Shown in pieces: positions 1 through 12,254 of a DNA stretch of 64,000 nucleotides. A model generated the notes under the pieces. That model was not told where the DNA came from. It saw nothing but the letters and a program-made list of their open reading frames with translations, and made no database searches. Within the stretch, counting starts at the first letter, position 1, and each line of letters starts with the position of its first letter. This DNA is from Macrostomum hystrix (taxonomy: Eukaryota > Animalia > Platyhelminthes): NCBI GenBank assembly GCA_950097015.1, contig CATNEN010000038.1:13950001-14014000 (forward strand), in the 5' to 3' direction. The position numbers and the translations under genes are program-made.

Positions 1-309
1 CCTCAAAAACTCCGGTATGGTGCCGCTCATGTCGCGCAGATATTTCTGCTCCGCGTCCTGGGCGGAGGACCAGTTCAGCGGGACTGGCATCATGATGGCC
101 GGCTCCTCGCCCAGGAAGGTGCGAATTCCTGAGGGCAGCTCGTTGGCCAATTGAAACTGTCCGACATTGGTCAGCTGCTCCGGCCCGAAGGGGCTCGGCC
201 TGCTGAAGCCGGACCGGTGGGACGATGCTCCATCGGAGTTGGTCTTGTTGGCTGTGCTGTCAAACTTGACATGTCTGCGGCTGCCCCCGTTGCCATTTGA
301 AGACGACAT
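1..309 (-). CDS. Unknown protein, 5' part only (runs off the window start)
   Basis: ATG at 309 opens 103 stop-free GC-rich codons (MSSSNGNGGSRRHVKFDSTANK...DMSGTIPEFLR) to base 1. The frame stays open upstream to an acceptor (tttctatag) near 352. Further upstream exon candidates exist (about 574-732) but are unresolved. Confidence 0.55.
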   Translation of the reverse strand, partial: MSSSNGNGGSRRHVKFDSTANKTNSDGASSHRSGFSRPSPFGPEQLTNVGQFQLANELPSGIRTFLGEEPAIMMPVPLNWSSAQDAEQKYLRDMSGTIPEFLR

Positions 310-896
310 GATTCGTTGAGTTCTGGTGCTCAGAGCTGGGTTTCTATCGTACTATAGAAAGTTGAATAAAACGTTTTCCATTTCTTACGGCTTGGGTTAC
401 TCAGTTTCACTCTTCGGCCGAGGCTTAGCGCCCGATCTTGTAGGATTGGCCAGAGACGATGTCGATGTTGCAAAGTCGGCTGAGGACTCGTTTATCAGTG
501 GCCTGGGTTTTTTCCGTCTTAAATATGTAATTTACGTCAAGGTCACGGTCTAGATCAGCCAATCAAAACGCACCTGCCTTGCCATAGATTGAAATTCGGT
601 ATTTCCACGATGTCTATTTTTAGAGGGTTCGATCCAGGCATGTACAGATGGGTAATTCACAAGGTCGTCCTCATGCATCTTCAGGTCATGCCCCAATAAA
701 AAACTGCGAACTAGAGCATGTGTTATTGCCAACTAAAATCTTCAGAAAAAATAGTGTCAATGAAAACAGTGGTGTATTTTCAAAATGCGTCAAAAAATCC
801 TAAAAAATAATCGGGGCTTCTGCAAGCAATGGCCAAAGTATGCTCAGGCGTGAGCATATGAACTCAGATTTTAAGAAAGACGTTCCATAGTAATTT

Positions 897-2218
897 CTAT
901 TTATAAGGGCTGATTATTGACGATTTTGGTCGCTCTTTTGATCGGAACTTGTAGACGACGTTCACCAGGACGATGAAAGCGACGAGGATGGCGCACAGGC
1001 TGGCAGTGGAGATTCCCGCGTGGGCTAATGGGCTTCTGACGGCCTGTGGGGAAAATTAATCACGGGCTAAAATAGACTGAATGGCTGGCTGGGGCACAGG
1101 AATAGCAGTGGTTTAGCAGGAATTGCAGTGGGTTATCAGGAATAGCAATGGGTTATCAGGAATAGCAATGGGTTATCTGGAATAGCAGTGGGTTATCAGC
1201 AATAGCAGTGGGTTATCAGGAATAGCAGTGGGTTATCTGGAATAGCAGTGGGTTATCAGGAATAGCAGTGGTTTATCAGGAATAGCAATGGGTTATCAGG
1301 AATAGCAGTGGGTTATCAGGAATAGCAGTGGTTTATCAGGAATAGCAATGGGTTATCAGGAATAGCAGTGGGTTATCAGGAATAGCAGTGGGTTATCAGG
1401 AATAGCAGTGGGTTATCAGGAATAGCAGTGGGTTATCAGGAATAACAATGGGTTATCAGGAATAGCAGTGGGTTATCAGGAATAGCAGTGGGTTATCAGG
1501 AATAGCAGTGGGTTATCAGGAATAGCAGTGGGTTATCAGGAATAGCAGTGGGTTATCAGGAATAGCAGTGGGTTATCAGGAATAGCAGTGGGTTATCAGG
1601 AATAACAATGGGTTATCAGGAATAGCAGTGGGTTATCAGGAATAGCAGTGGGTTATCAGGAATAGCAGTGGGTTATCAGGAATAGCAGTGGGTTATCAGG
1701 AATAGCAGTGGGTTATCAGGAATAACAATGGGTTATCAGGAATAGCAGTGGGTTATCAGGAATAGCAGTGGGTTATCAGGAATAGCAGTGGGTTATCAGG
1801 AATAGCAGTGGGTTATCAGGAATAGCAGTGGGTTATCAGGAATAGCAGTGGGTTATCAGGAATAGCAATGGGTTATCAGGAATAGCAGTGGGTTATCAGG
1901 AATTGCAGTGGGTTATCAGGCATAGCAGTGGGTTATCAGGAATAGCAGTGGTTTATCAGGAATTGCAGTGGGTTATCAGGAATTGCAGTGGGTTATCAGG
2001 AATAGCAGTGGGTTATCAGGAATTTGATTGTCTGGAAATGGCAGTGAATATTGCGTAGCAGTGTTTTTAAGAGCAGTACAGCTAAGAAATCTACAATATA
2101 TTACCTTAGAGCCGTATGCACTGTCATACCAGTCGCCCTTTAATCCGGTGCTATCCTGAGTGAGCGCCTGGCCAGCGCTTATCATACCAGCGAGCAGCAC
2201 AGACAATGGCACAATCAT
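897..2218 (-). CDS. Two-exon 86-aa single-pass membrane microprotein (signal peptide, short ectodomain, TM, basic tail)
   Basis: Exon 2218-2105 (MIVPLSVLLAGMISAGQA...AYGSK, donor AAG|GTAAT) joins in phase 0 to exon 1043-897 (acceptor ttttccccacag|, AVRSPLAHAGISTASLCAILVAFIVLVNVVYKFRSKERPKSSIISPYK*). Confidence 0.65.
1095..2022. repeat. Minisatellite, 20-bp unit (GGAATAGCAGTGGGTTATCA), intronic
   Basis: About 45 near-perfect tandem copies. Confidence 0.97.
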
Positions 2219-2444
2219 TTTCTTTTGTTCTTGAGACTATTTTACAATTGGGAACGAAAACCGAATAGAAAGTATTGAAAATATCCGAAAGAATGTTCCC
2301 TCTTCATTCCTTACATAATTGAAGTGTCTATGGAAGATACTTTGTCTCTGCATCGCCAATGACTTCAATATACAGCAGATATAAATAGATCTGTTCTATC
2401 GTTTCTTGCTGTCTATGGCCCAAGACATAGGGGTCATGATCATG

Positions 2445-3165
2445 AAGGGCAGTGGATTATCAGGAATGGTAGCGGATTATCAGGAAAGTGAGTGAATGAT
2501 CGCGAAAGCCTGTGAATAACCGGGAAAGGAAGTGGATTATCAAGAAAGGCTTATCAGGATTATCAGGAGCATCAGAAGCATCAGGGAATGCTGTGGATTA
2601 TCATGAAAGGCTGTGGATTATCAGGCAATTTTGTAGATTATCAGGCAATGCTGTGGATTATCAGGAAAGGCTGTGTATTATCAGGAAATGCTGTGGATTA
2701 TCAGGAAATGCTGTGGATTATCAGGAAATGCTGTGGATTATCAGGAAAGGATTATCAGGATTATTAGAAAAGGCTGTAGATAATCAAGAAGGCCTCTATA
2801 TTTTCAGGAGATGCTTTGGATTATCAGGAAATGCTGTGGATTATCAGGAAAGACTGTGGATTATCATGAAATGCTGTGGATTAGCAGGAAAGGCTGTGGA
2901 TTAGCAAGCAATGCTGTGGATTATCAGGAAGGCTGTGGATTATCAGGAAAGGCTGTAGATTAGCAGGAAAGGCTGTGGATTAGCAGGAAAGGCTGTAGTA
3001 TTTCGGGAATGACTGTGGATTATCAGGAAGGCTGTGGATTATCATGAAAGGCTGTGGATTAGCAAGCAATGCTGTGGATTATCAGGAAAGCTGTGGATTA
3101 TCAGGAAAGGCTGTGGATTAGCAGGGAAGGCCTTACTATTTCGGGAAAGGCTGTGGAGTATCAGT
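2445..3165. repeat. Degenerate minisatellite, about 20-bp unit (GGAAAGGCTGTGGATTATCA)
   Basis: Tandem diverged copies sharing the GTGG(A/G)TTATCAGGAA core with the 1095-2022 array. Confidence 0.92.
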
Positions 3166-3696
3166 AAAAGCTCTAAGTGTAACACCAATTTAATCTCCAA
3201 TATATGTATCGAAGTTATTTTGGTGGACAAGTTACAAATAAATGTACATATCGTGTAGCAGTGACAATATCTTTATCGATTTATCAAGCCCGAGTAAAGA
3301 ACCATGAAGCAAATAAATGCACGTCATGTTTATATAAACGTTTTTTTGAAACAGCAACAGCAATTAAAAAATAAACATCGGCTAATCACATTTGCATTTA
3401 TTCATAGCAAGTGGGCTGTAGTGCTCCATATCGTACAAATAATATTAGTGAAAATACAGGCTGTATGAGCTCATATTTCATTTGAAGGACACAAAATGAA
3501 AGATGCATGAACATTAATTGAAAATTCGCTACCACAGCAATTCTGAGTGCATGTACATCTGCTTGCGTGTTCATTCCGTGAGGCAAACCAATTCGCACTC
3601 ACTATCAAATACATTGATGATCTAGCGTTTAGCACAATAACCTGACATAATCACTAAATTATGCAAACGATTTGTATAATTACACTATAGGTACTG

Positions 3697-4195
3697 CATC
3701 TGGGAGGATTGCTGCTTGATCTGAGAGGATTGCTGCTTGATCTGGGAGGATTGTTGCTTGATCTGAGAGGATTGCTGCTTGATCTAGGATTGCTGCTTGA
3801 TCTAGGATTGCTGCTTGATCTGGGAGGATTGCTGCTTGATCTGGGAGGATTGTTGCTTGATCTGGGAGGATTGTTGCTTGATCTGAGAGGATTGCTGCTT
3901 GATCTAGGATTGCTGCTTGATCTAGGATTGCTGCTTGATCTGGGAGGATTGCTGCTTGATCTGGGAGGATTGCTGCTTGATCTGGGAGGATTGCTGCTTG
4001 ATCTGGGAGGATTGCTGCTTGATCTGGGAGGATTGCTGCTTGATCTGGGAGGATTGCTGCTTGATCTGGGAGGATTGCTGCTTGATCTGGGAGGATTGCT
4101 GCTTGATCTGAGAGGATTGCTGCTTGATCTAGGATTGCTGCTTGATCTGGGAGGATTGCTGCTTGATCTGGGAGGATTGCTGCTTGATCTGGGAG
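3697..4195. repeat. Minisatellite, 21/18-bp unit (ATCTGGGAGGATTGCTGCTTG)
   Basis: Direct tandem copies. Source of the spurious PDQAAIL and LLLDLGG ORFs. Confidence 0.97.
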
Positions 4196-4670
4196 ATACA
4201 ATGGCGCTTTTTAATTTGCTAAAGAGAGAACTAAATAACTCAAAACTTGTAGCGAGACAAGAAATATTTATTATAGACTGGTGCCTACAAGCAGATAAAT
4301 ATCTAGGAACAGAGAGCGGGTATTAAAATCTGCTTTACTGTGTTAGGAACTGAAAATCAGTAGCGACTATCTGTAATTACTTGTTAAATTACGTTTCTCC
4401 TAAGTAAAGTTTTGTAAAGAAAGCTAAAAAAATAACTTTTCCGTTAAATTAAACAGATTTATTATTGTCTAATTAGCAATAGCTTCTAATTCTTTTTTTA
4501 CCGTGACAATTTTTTGGAAAACACGCATTACAGAATAAAGACGTGTAACTTTATTTTTATACCACTATAGGCTTTCAATTTTAACTTCTCAAATAACAAC
4601 GGAGTCAACGGACAGTATTTAGGCGTCAGCGAAGCATTTCACGAAAGAGCATGAGCCTGAAAATGCTTGT

Positions 4671-7211
4671 TCATAAATCATCCTCTTCAGTGCTGCTAAA
4701 GTCACTCCAGGTCTCATCGAGATCTTCGCTCGAAGTTTCATCGACGTCGTCATTCGACTCGTCTTCAATATTGCTATCTGACACGTCTTCGACGTCGTCA
4801 TTCGACTCGTCTTCAATATTGCTATCTGACACGTCTTCGACGTCGTCATTCGACTCGTCTTCAACATTGCTATCTGACACGTCTTCGACGTCGTCATTCG
4901 ACTCGTCTTTAACATTGCTATCTGACACGTCGTCGTCAAGATCGTTATTTGACTCCTCGTCAAAATTACCATCTGAGACGTCCTCGACGTCGTCATTTGA
5001 CTCGTCTTCGTTACCATCTTCGTTCAAATCGTCTTCGTCAACATCTTCAGTTGGCTCGTCGTCAACATCTTCGTTTAACTCATCTTCGTCAACATCTTCG
5101 TTTAACTCATCTTCGTCAACATCTTCGTTTAACTCATCTTCGTCAACATCTTCGTTTAACTCATCTTCGTCAACATCGTCATTTGACTCGTCGTCGAGAG
5201 AATCATTGGCATTGGTATTATTGTACATTTCGACATTCGAGTCGTCGTCAATAACGACAACTTCATCAACTAAGTCATTGTCAACAGAGTCTTCAGATTC
5301 CGCTGCAGCATTGCTGATTGAGTCTCGGTCAACATCGTCTGAGTCAGAATGATAATCCTCGTTTAAATCAATGTCAGCTTCGTCTTCGTCATGTTCCTCT
5401 TCATCGTCATCGTCGTCCTCCTCCACCACGTTGTTGTTGACAATTTCATCTTCAACATCGGCTACTGAATCTATATCGTCGGCCTCTTCGTCATCGCCTT
5501 CATCGGTCTCATTGCCGATCGGGTCGTTTGGAAGCGGCGGAGCCTGCGAGGCATCGTCTTCAGACTCGGTGGAAGAGGCCGATGAATCTAGCAGCTCGTT
5601 ATTAGTTGAATCCTCGCTACCGATGCTGCCAATGTTAACAGCTTCGCCACCGTAGCTGCTGTTGCTTTCATCCGTGTCTTCGTCGTCATCATCTTCGTTC
5701 TCTTCGTCGAAGATGTGAAAAATGAATGGCCCTGCGACGCCTTCATCGTCGTCGTCGCTCAGGCCGGTGTCTGCCGCGGTGGCGTCAACGGCAGCCGCTG
5801 TCGGCGAATTTTTCAGTGGCTCTTCTGCTGTGACGATGTCCGAGGCCACGCCTAGACGCAGCACAATGGTATCAAAAGGTCGCCGATCAAATGGACAGAG
5901 GCGGCTCTGCCCAGTCCAGGAGCGCAGACAGGGCGGGCAGAACTGATGGCTGGGACAGGTGTCCGGTGTGGCCACAGGCCCGGCTAATCGCTCCAAACAG
6001 ATGGGACAGGATACCTGATTGGTGCGGATGGGTCAAGAGGCATTGCCTGTTGTTGATTTGTGATTTAGACGGCTTCAAATCATGCATGTTTAATAGAGCT
6101 GTGTCTCAATCCTTAATAATAATAAAATTGCAGGAGGGCAGGGGGCAATGACACATTATTTGATGACACTAGACCCGCAGCCAGCGAGGATGCAATTCTG
6201 CCCATTTGGCCTCGCCGAGGAACGAACTTAGGGACCTTGGAGCGAGAGGCAAACGCGCTAAACGCTCCGTCACCAACATCCGACTCAATCATTAGTTTCA
6301 CTATCCTTAGCCTCAATCCTAAGCTAGTTAGAAGCTTAATAGGATCCTCTTAGCTTGATGGGCTAATAGGATTATTTAAAAACTGACCCATACCCAATCA
6401 AATCGGACTCAAATGGTCTCACCTGTAGCCTATTAGCATCAACTATCTCTACATGGCCGTCGTGTGTTTTGTCGTCTGCGTTGCGAACAATTTTTAGCCT
6501 GTCTAGGCAAGCACCGCAGCCCGAACCAGGGCAGCGATTGGCTCGCGCGGCCGGCGTCGATTCAAGCCAGGAAGCCAGGCAGGTCACGTGACACCGGTGC
6601 AGCCGACAAGACTCGGCCCATACCACACCGGAGCTGCCATCGCCGGAATTTTCAACGCCAATTTTGAAACAAATAGTGCAGGTGCCACTGGGCAACGATG
6701 GAGGAGAAGCTGGACGTTGCAAGGGCAGGACGGACTCGTCCTGATTGGACAGGCGCGGCTGCTTGCTGGCTACAGCCAATCCTGCAGCAGCAGAAGAAGC
6801 TTCATTGCTATGACGCTTTCTACTATTTAAGCTAGTGTTAGTAGTATTGGCTGTATGGCGACAAAGGCGACAGAGTGGACCATTAGTGCAGACTGTCAAA
6901 GCCTGGGCTGAACTGGAAGCTGCACCAGCCAGATTGGCAGTTTCAAAAAGTTCGCCACCACAGTGTGGATGTGCTGCTAGGAGGCAGGTGCGGCACTGTA
7001 AATGAGCAGCACCCGAGGCTATGCCAGACTCGCAGCCAATGCAGGTCAGAGCATCTGCAGCTGCGGCTGCTGCTGTAGTGCCCATTAGAAATTTTTGTAA
7101 CAATATCTGCTTCAAGTTAGCCTCTTGCCTCAGATTGTTGAAGAATTGAGCAATTACACTGCAAGCTTTTTTAAACAGAAGACAGTAAAAAAGAACAGTT
7201 TCTGCTTCCAT
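4671..7211 (-). CDS. PHD-finger + two RING-finger protein with a very long Asp/Glu-rich tail (putative E3 ligase, about 710 aa)
   Basis: Exon 7211-6423 has PHD-like CIGC..QCRTC..HPHC..CRLC and RING CTIC..CRLHRCHVTC..W..CPGSGC, with donor CAG|GTGAG. Exon 6014-4671 joins in phase 0 (aatcag|) and restores RING CPICLE..CPSHQFCPPCLRSW..CPFDR, the CPxDR type seen in PHRF1/SCAF11, followed by the acidic repeats. Confidence 0.82.
6113..6282 (-). mobile_element. tRNA-derived SINE family A, internally deleted copy (intronic)
   Basis: Head (GCGTTTGCCTCTCGC..GTTCGTTCCTCGGCGAGGCC) is fused directly to the 3' part (AAATGGGCAGAATTGC..CCCTCCTGCAATT) and an (ATT)n tail. Homologous to 23117-23475. Confidence 0.85.
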
Positions 7212-8699
7212 TCTGAAGTAAAATAAAAGGAAAACATGGCCTAAGCTAACTTAAGCAAGATTTACCTTGTTTGGTTAGATAAAAAATGTATATATTTACT
7301 ACAAACTTGTAGATTAATGGTTTTAGCTACTAAGAAAATCATGTGTAATGCATTGTTATTAGATAGATAAACTTCTTTCCAACTTTGTTACAAAATAATA
7401 AGCTTTCTTATACTTTATTACTTTATTATAGCATACTAATTAGTAAATTATTCTTGCAAGTATGTACTTCTTGCTTGGTTGATAATAATTTACTAATCCT
7501 AATTGACTGCCAATTTAAATTATTGACTATTGGCCTAGCCATAATTATTAAAGCATGGCCTGTCTTACTGCCAAAGTAAAAATTAACAAAACAAATTTCA
7601 CTAAGGCCAAGTTCACCAACCCAATCCTACAAAAAAGGCATTTGTTATAATAAATCTTATGACTTGACAAAGTAATATGAAATAATATATAAGCCACCCT
7701 ATACACATGCTATTATGACTAATGCCCTTGTTGCAAACCTGGCTTCAGGGTCAGCTATCCCCTACCAGTGCATAAGACTACAACCCAATTGTGAAACACT
7801 TCCTAGGTGAGAATCTTCAGTAAGTATGCAAAACAACTGATGATCTATACCCACTTACTTCTCTGCACTAAGACTTACTTCTTACGCTACACTCCTTGGC
7901 TTGTCTTGGATATGGCATGCTATGTCCAGTCTATGTAGCATGTGCCTGTGACCTATAATCCAGATCATGCTGAGTGCATGCCAGAAATAAAATGGGGAAA
8001 ATTATATTTGCACCCCAAGGTTAGACTGTTTTTGAACAGCATGCTAGTGCACACTAGCATATTGTGCAGAAATATGCTCATCAGGACAAAACTGATAGCT
8101 ATAAATTGAAAAATTTCAATCGCCTCATCTTCGTCAATCTAAAATTGTTTTGATTAAGAAGGAGAAGGACAAAGTTGTTTGCATAGGCCTACTATATTTA
8201 ACAAAAAGCAATTGAGCATGCAACAGTTAAAAAGCAAATTGGATTTATAGTCCAATTAAAAAAATTAGAGAGGTTTACATAGCTGACAGAAAACTGCTTT
8301 ATTTGTGATTCATGCAAAGCCTGTAACAAATAATACAGTAGGCCTATGTTAAAGCATTTAGACCAACAATAGTTCTTATAAGTTAGGCCCCTATAGGCTT
8401 TTACACTGCTACTAATATTTTTGTACCATTCATGACTAACAGATGTTAATAATACATAGGCCTATATACTAGCAATATGTTTGATCTCTTTTTAATGCAC
8501 AATTACTTGCCATGCACACCAACCCAAAGCAAATGCTCATGGGAATTTTCTGACATGCACTACATGATCTAGACTATAGAATGTGCCCCCTAATCCATTT
8601 ACTCTCACTGGCACAGATTTTTTCTTTTGATTTTGATTTTTCCTGAATTTGGAACTGGACTGATATAGAGCCTAATCATTTTTTATTACATTTTTACAT

Positions 8700-9700
8700 T
8701 TCGAAGTTTAAAACCTTTATTAACTGCAGAAGTTAAAATGTGAAAGTGCATTGGCCTATACAAAATTAAAATTTATTGAAAGGTTCCTCGATTATAACCG
8801 TTCCGTATGACCGTATGTAGGCCTACGACTGATACAGTTTGATTCGATTGCACGGTACGGCGTCGTTCATCGCAAAACACGCACGATGAGATTCGCGCGA
8901 AATTGAATGAATAATGAAGAGAGTATAATAGTAAATATTTGCGAACAACATGAATAATCTTTGACCACTTTACGGCCACAAAGACATGCATTTTTTGTTA
9001 TTAGAGTAGCTAGCTGTAACTGTGACAAGCTACTGAGCAAGGACCATTAGGAGTTGAAGGATGGAAAACTTAGTTTCTTGGAAAAAAGTTGAAGTCTGAT
9101 TTTCGCGAAAAAAAATACACTACGAAGACAAGAATTTTTTTAATTTTAAAAGCTTAAATGGTGATTGCTTTTGATTGGAAGCTGATACGCAGTTGTTCTT
9201 TTGATATAACTCGCCTTACGTGTTGCTCCACCGAATGTTATAACGTTTTATGCATGACAATTAGATCTTCGTACGATTTCTTTACTAATAGAAATCCAAT
9301 TCACTGTCGTTACTTTTGTAGTTTTTTGTAGCTATTAATTGGTAATGAGCCAAGTTTAGAGTTTTAGTTGTATTCTTTAGACTAGCATAAAAATTTTGTT
9401 GATGGTGTTTAGTTTTTTATAAGTTTTTAGATATTTTGGACATGGACATTCACTCAAGTTATATAATTTGTGTAACAAACATTAAAACAAATACGAATAC
9501 AGTAAATTACAGTAAATAAAGGAAGTACAGTACGAATGCAATAAAACACAAGTAAAAATTACATCGCGAATTTCAGTGTAAATATGAAAAGTTACAGTAA
9601 ATGCGCACATTTAAATGTGGCAAGAAAATCGCACTGATTGTATTACCTACCTGACTTATGGACGTCCTGCGTAAGGAAGCACGCCACTAGGGGCTAGCTA
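8700..9700. promoter_or_regulatory. Candidate bidirectional promoter (CpG-retaining island) with E2F/CHR-like sites
   Basis: CpG-containing segment between divergent genes with CpG-poor flanks. TTCGCGCGAAATTGAAT at 8892 and TTTTCGCGAAAA near 9099. Confidence 0.4.
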
Positions 9701-10531
9701 GGCTTACCCCTAGTGGTCCTTGCTACTGAGCTGTTACACAGCACAAAATGCCAGTTCTAATTAGCCCCCCTATTTAAATATAGGCCTAACTTTTGTGAAA
9801 GTCTGTCGCGACTTATGTTAGGTCTATATACTTATTAAGCATTTTAGTATGCATCTAACGTCATTCAATGGGCTTTTATCTCGCCCACATTACATAGAAC
9901 TAGATCAACTCTAATTCTAAAAATATTTTTTTATACAAAAATTAGACTTTTGCTAGAAATATTCTTGAATGTCACAAGTTCAGTGCTTCTTAAATATGTT
10001 ATAGGCTGGTTTCCAACAAACATTTTGTGCCTGATGCATTAATTTGTAGCGTTTTATAGAACATGGATCAGGCATTTATGGCAATAGTCTGGTGAAATAC
10101 TTGATCCTTAAATACTTCACTCAGCTAAAGATATGCCAACTTTATGCTGAGGCTGAAAAACTCTTATAAGGAACATATCAAAAACTTACATACAAAAACA
10201 AAACAATACAAAAAAACAAAAAAAACAAATACAACATACAAAAACACAAAAAACTCATGGGCCTAGAGCACACTTGAAAAATTTATACCATGGCAAATCC
10301 TTGGCAAAACATTTTCTGCATGTTTTTTAAAGCTGATTGGGATGATTGGTTAGGCCTATTTATTACCTAAAAACATTTAGGCATAGTTCTAGTTTACTTT
10401 GCAATATTATTTTGCCTTTCACTTCATCATTTCATCCTGTTTTTGTCACTTTAAACAGGGTAATACACGGAAGCCCAGTAAAGCACAGCTATGAATGCAT
10501 TGTTTGGGTACAGGTGGCGCCAGATATAGGC

Positions 10532-11430
10532 CTACTCTTCGAGATGACTCTCTTGAGATGACTCTTCAAGATGACTCTCGAAGAGTGCATCACTTGTACC
10601 AGGCATTGCCCGCAGGTGCCTCTTGGCAAGGGCCCAGGTGCCCTTGATGCCGTTTGTGTGCACTGTCAGATCGTTCGGGTAAACAAAGTGCAGCCAGTGG
10701 TTCACTATGGCATGGATCTGTAGACCGGCGTAGGCCAACTAGCCATTGGTGACGATGCGTGTACCTGGCAGCATGTGGTGTTGGATCAACGGCACCAGAG
10801 TCTCAGCTGCATGGTTGGGCACCAACTATCATCATGGCAGCATTCGACTCACGCTCCACTATGCTACGCTCCACGATAAGCACCCTAGTGGTATTTCCGG
10901 TGCATAAACTTGGACTTGTTGACCTCGACTGTGCGACCAGGTCTACCCAGCTCTATTGGGTGGTCAATGAGATACTGCTGGCATATGTCACACAGAAATT
11001 GGTGCCAGTCGATGGCAGTCTGTCTCACAATGTGGACCTAGTTGCAGGCTTCCTGCTACAACATCCCCGCCGCCCAATAGTATGTTAGCTCTAACACCTG
11101 GGCCAGTCGCAGGTGTGAATTGGTGAAAAATGAGCCACGTGAGATCAAGTAGTGCGCCCAACACTGCCGACAGTCTTAGGCATAGCCGTTGACGTACATT
11201 GCCCCTTGGTGCTGCTGCAGGCGCATGTCCACATCACATCGTGCACATGTGGCTTGGTTGGCAATGAGGTGATGCTTCGCCATCCACTTCATGGTTGTTA
11301 TGTTGTCGCGACTTGCCTCCACCATCTCCCGAATACCAAAATTTGTTTTGGTATAATTCAGCAAGTTGGCAGTATTGACCAGTTGATTAGGTGGGACAAT
11401 AAATGTAGGGGTAGCTGGGCGGCCGGCCAT
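10532..11430 (-). pseudogene. Merlin / IS1595(IS1016)-family DDE transposase pseudogene
   Basis: Zn-ribbon CARC..CRQC, GSFFTNSHL, TAIDWHQF, GRPGRTVEVNKSKF..RKYH*G, TLVPLIQHHMLPGTRIVTNG*LAY, VNH..FV.P..VHTNGIKGTW..AKR match the Merlin motif order. Multiple stops and frameshifts. Confidence 0.9.
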
Positions 11431-11778
11431 TGTGCAGATTAAGCTGAAAGGGTTGTGGTTCGGGTACAGATGCAGAATATGCAATGTAAATGCAAAAAAA
11501 ACATAAAAATAATATTGCGAAGTTAACTAGAGCTATGCCAACATTTATATCAATATCACAAGCTTTCTACAGCTTTATCTATAGGCAAAACAGGTTAGCA
11601 TTGTTTATATGTGAATGTAAGTAAGTAATGACTATTATAAATTTTCTTAAAGAAATTAATTTGCAATAAGAGTATTATGAAATTGCAAATAAGAAAACTA
11701 GTCCTAGCTTACTAGGAGTCAGTATTTTTTGCCTTTTTAAGAAGAAAGTCACTAGAATTTTTTATGCATTTCTATTGA

Positions 11779-11900
11779 TTTATTTTAATTTATTTTATTT
11801 TTATTTTATTTTATTTATTTATTTTATTTTATTTATTTTTTATTTTATTATTATTATTTTTTTATTATTATTATTATTTTATTTTGTTTTATTTTAATTT
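11779..11900. repeat. (TTTTA)n/(TTA)n low-complexity tract
   Basis: Visible simple repeat. Confidence 0.85.
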
Positions 11901-12254
11901 GTAACATTGTGATATTATTTACTGCATTAGGGCCTTGAAAGTTTTATTAAATATAAGAAAGACATTTTGTAAACTATTCAAAATCTATTCCAGTTCTAGC
12001 CTTCTAGTTTGTAGGGCCTAAGATATCATTTTTCCAAACCCAATATGAGTTGATATTGTTATTGCAAGTCTCTGTAGTCAAAAGTTTATATTTTGTATAT
12101 TTATTTAAATTTAGCTAAGTAACCAAGCATCTAAGCTTTCATCAAACTATCTAGGACCAATCCTATATGTCAGTAGTTCTTGATAAGCTATAAGCTGTCT
12201 GTATAATTATGAATCTATAAGCTATATCATCATCAATTGCCTTTATCACATCCC

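Noticed and set aside
3680-4326. PDQAAIL and LLLDLGG repeat ORFs
   Set aside because: Products of a 21/18-bp tandem repeat that is open on both strands.
4619-5946. Ser-rich and other alternative-frame ORFs over the acidic tail
   Set aside because: Antisense or frame shadows of the D/E-rich coding repeats.
9684-9716. Inverted CCACTAGGGG pair as CTCF sites or a Helitron 3' hairpin
   Set aside because: It is a real 10-bp stem, but only a partial CTCF motif with no correctly placed CTRR end or other Helitron features.
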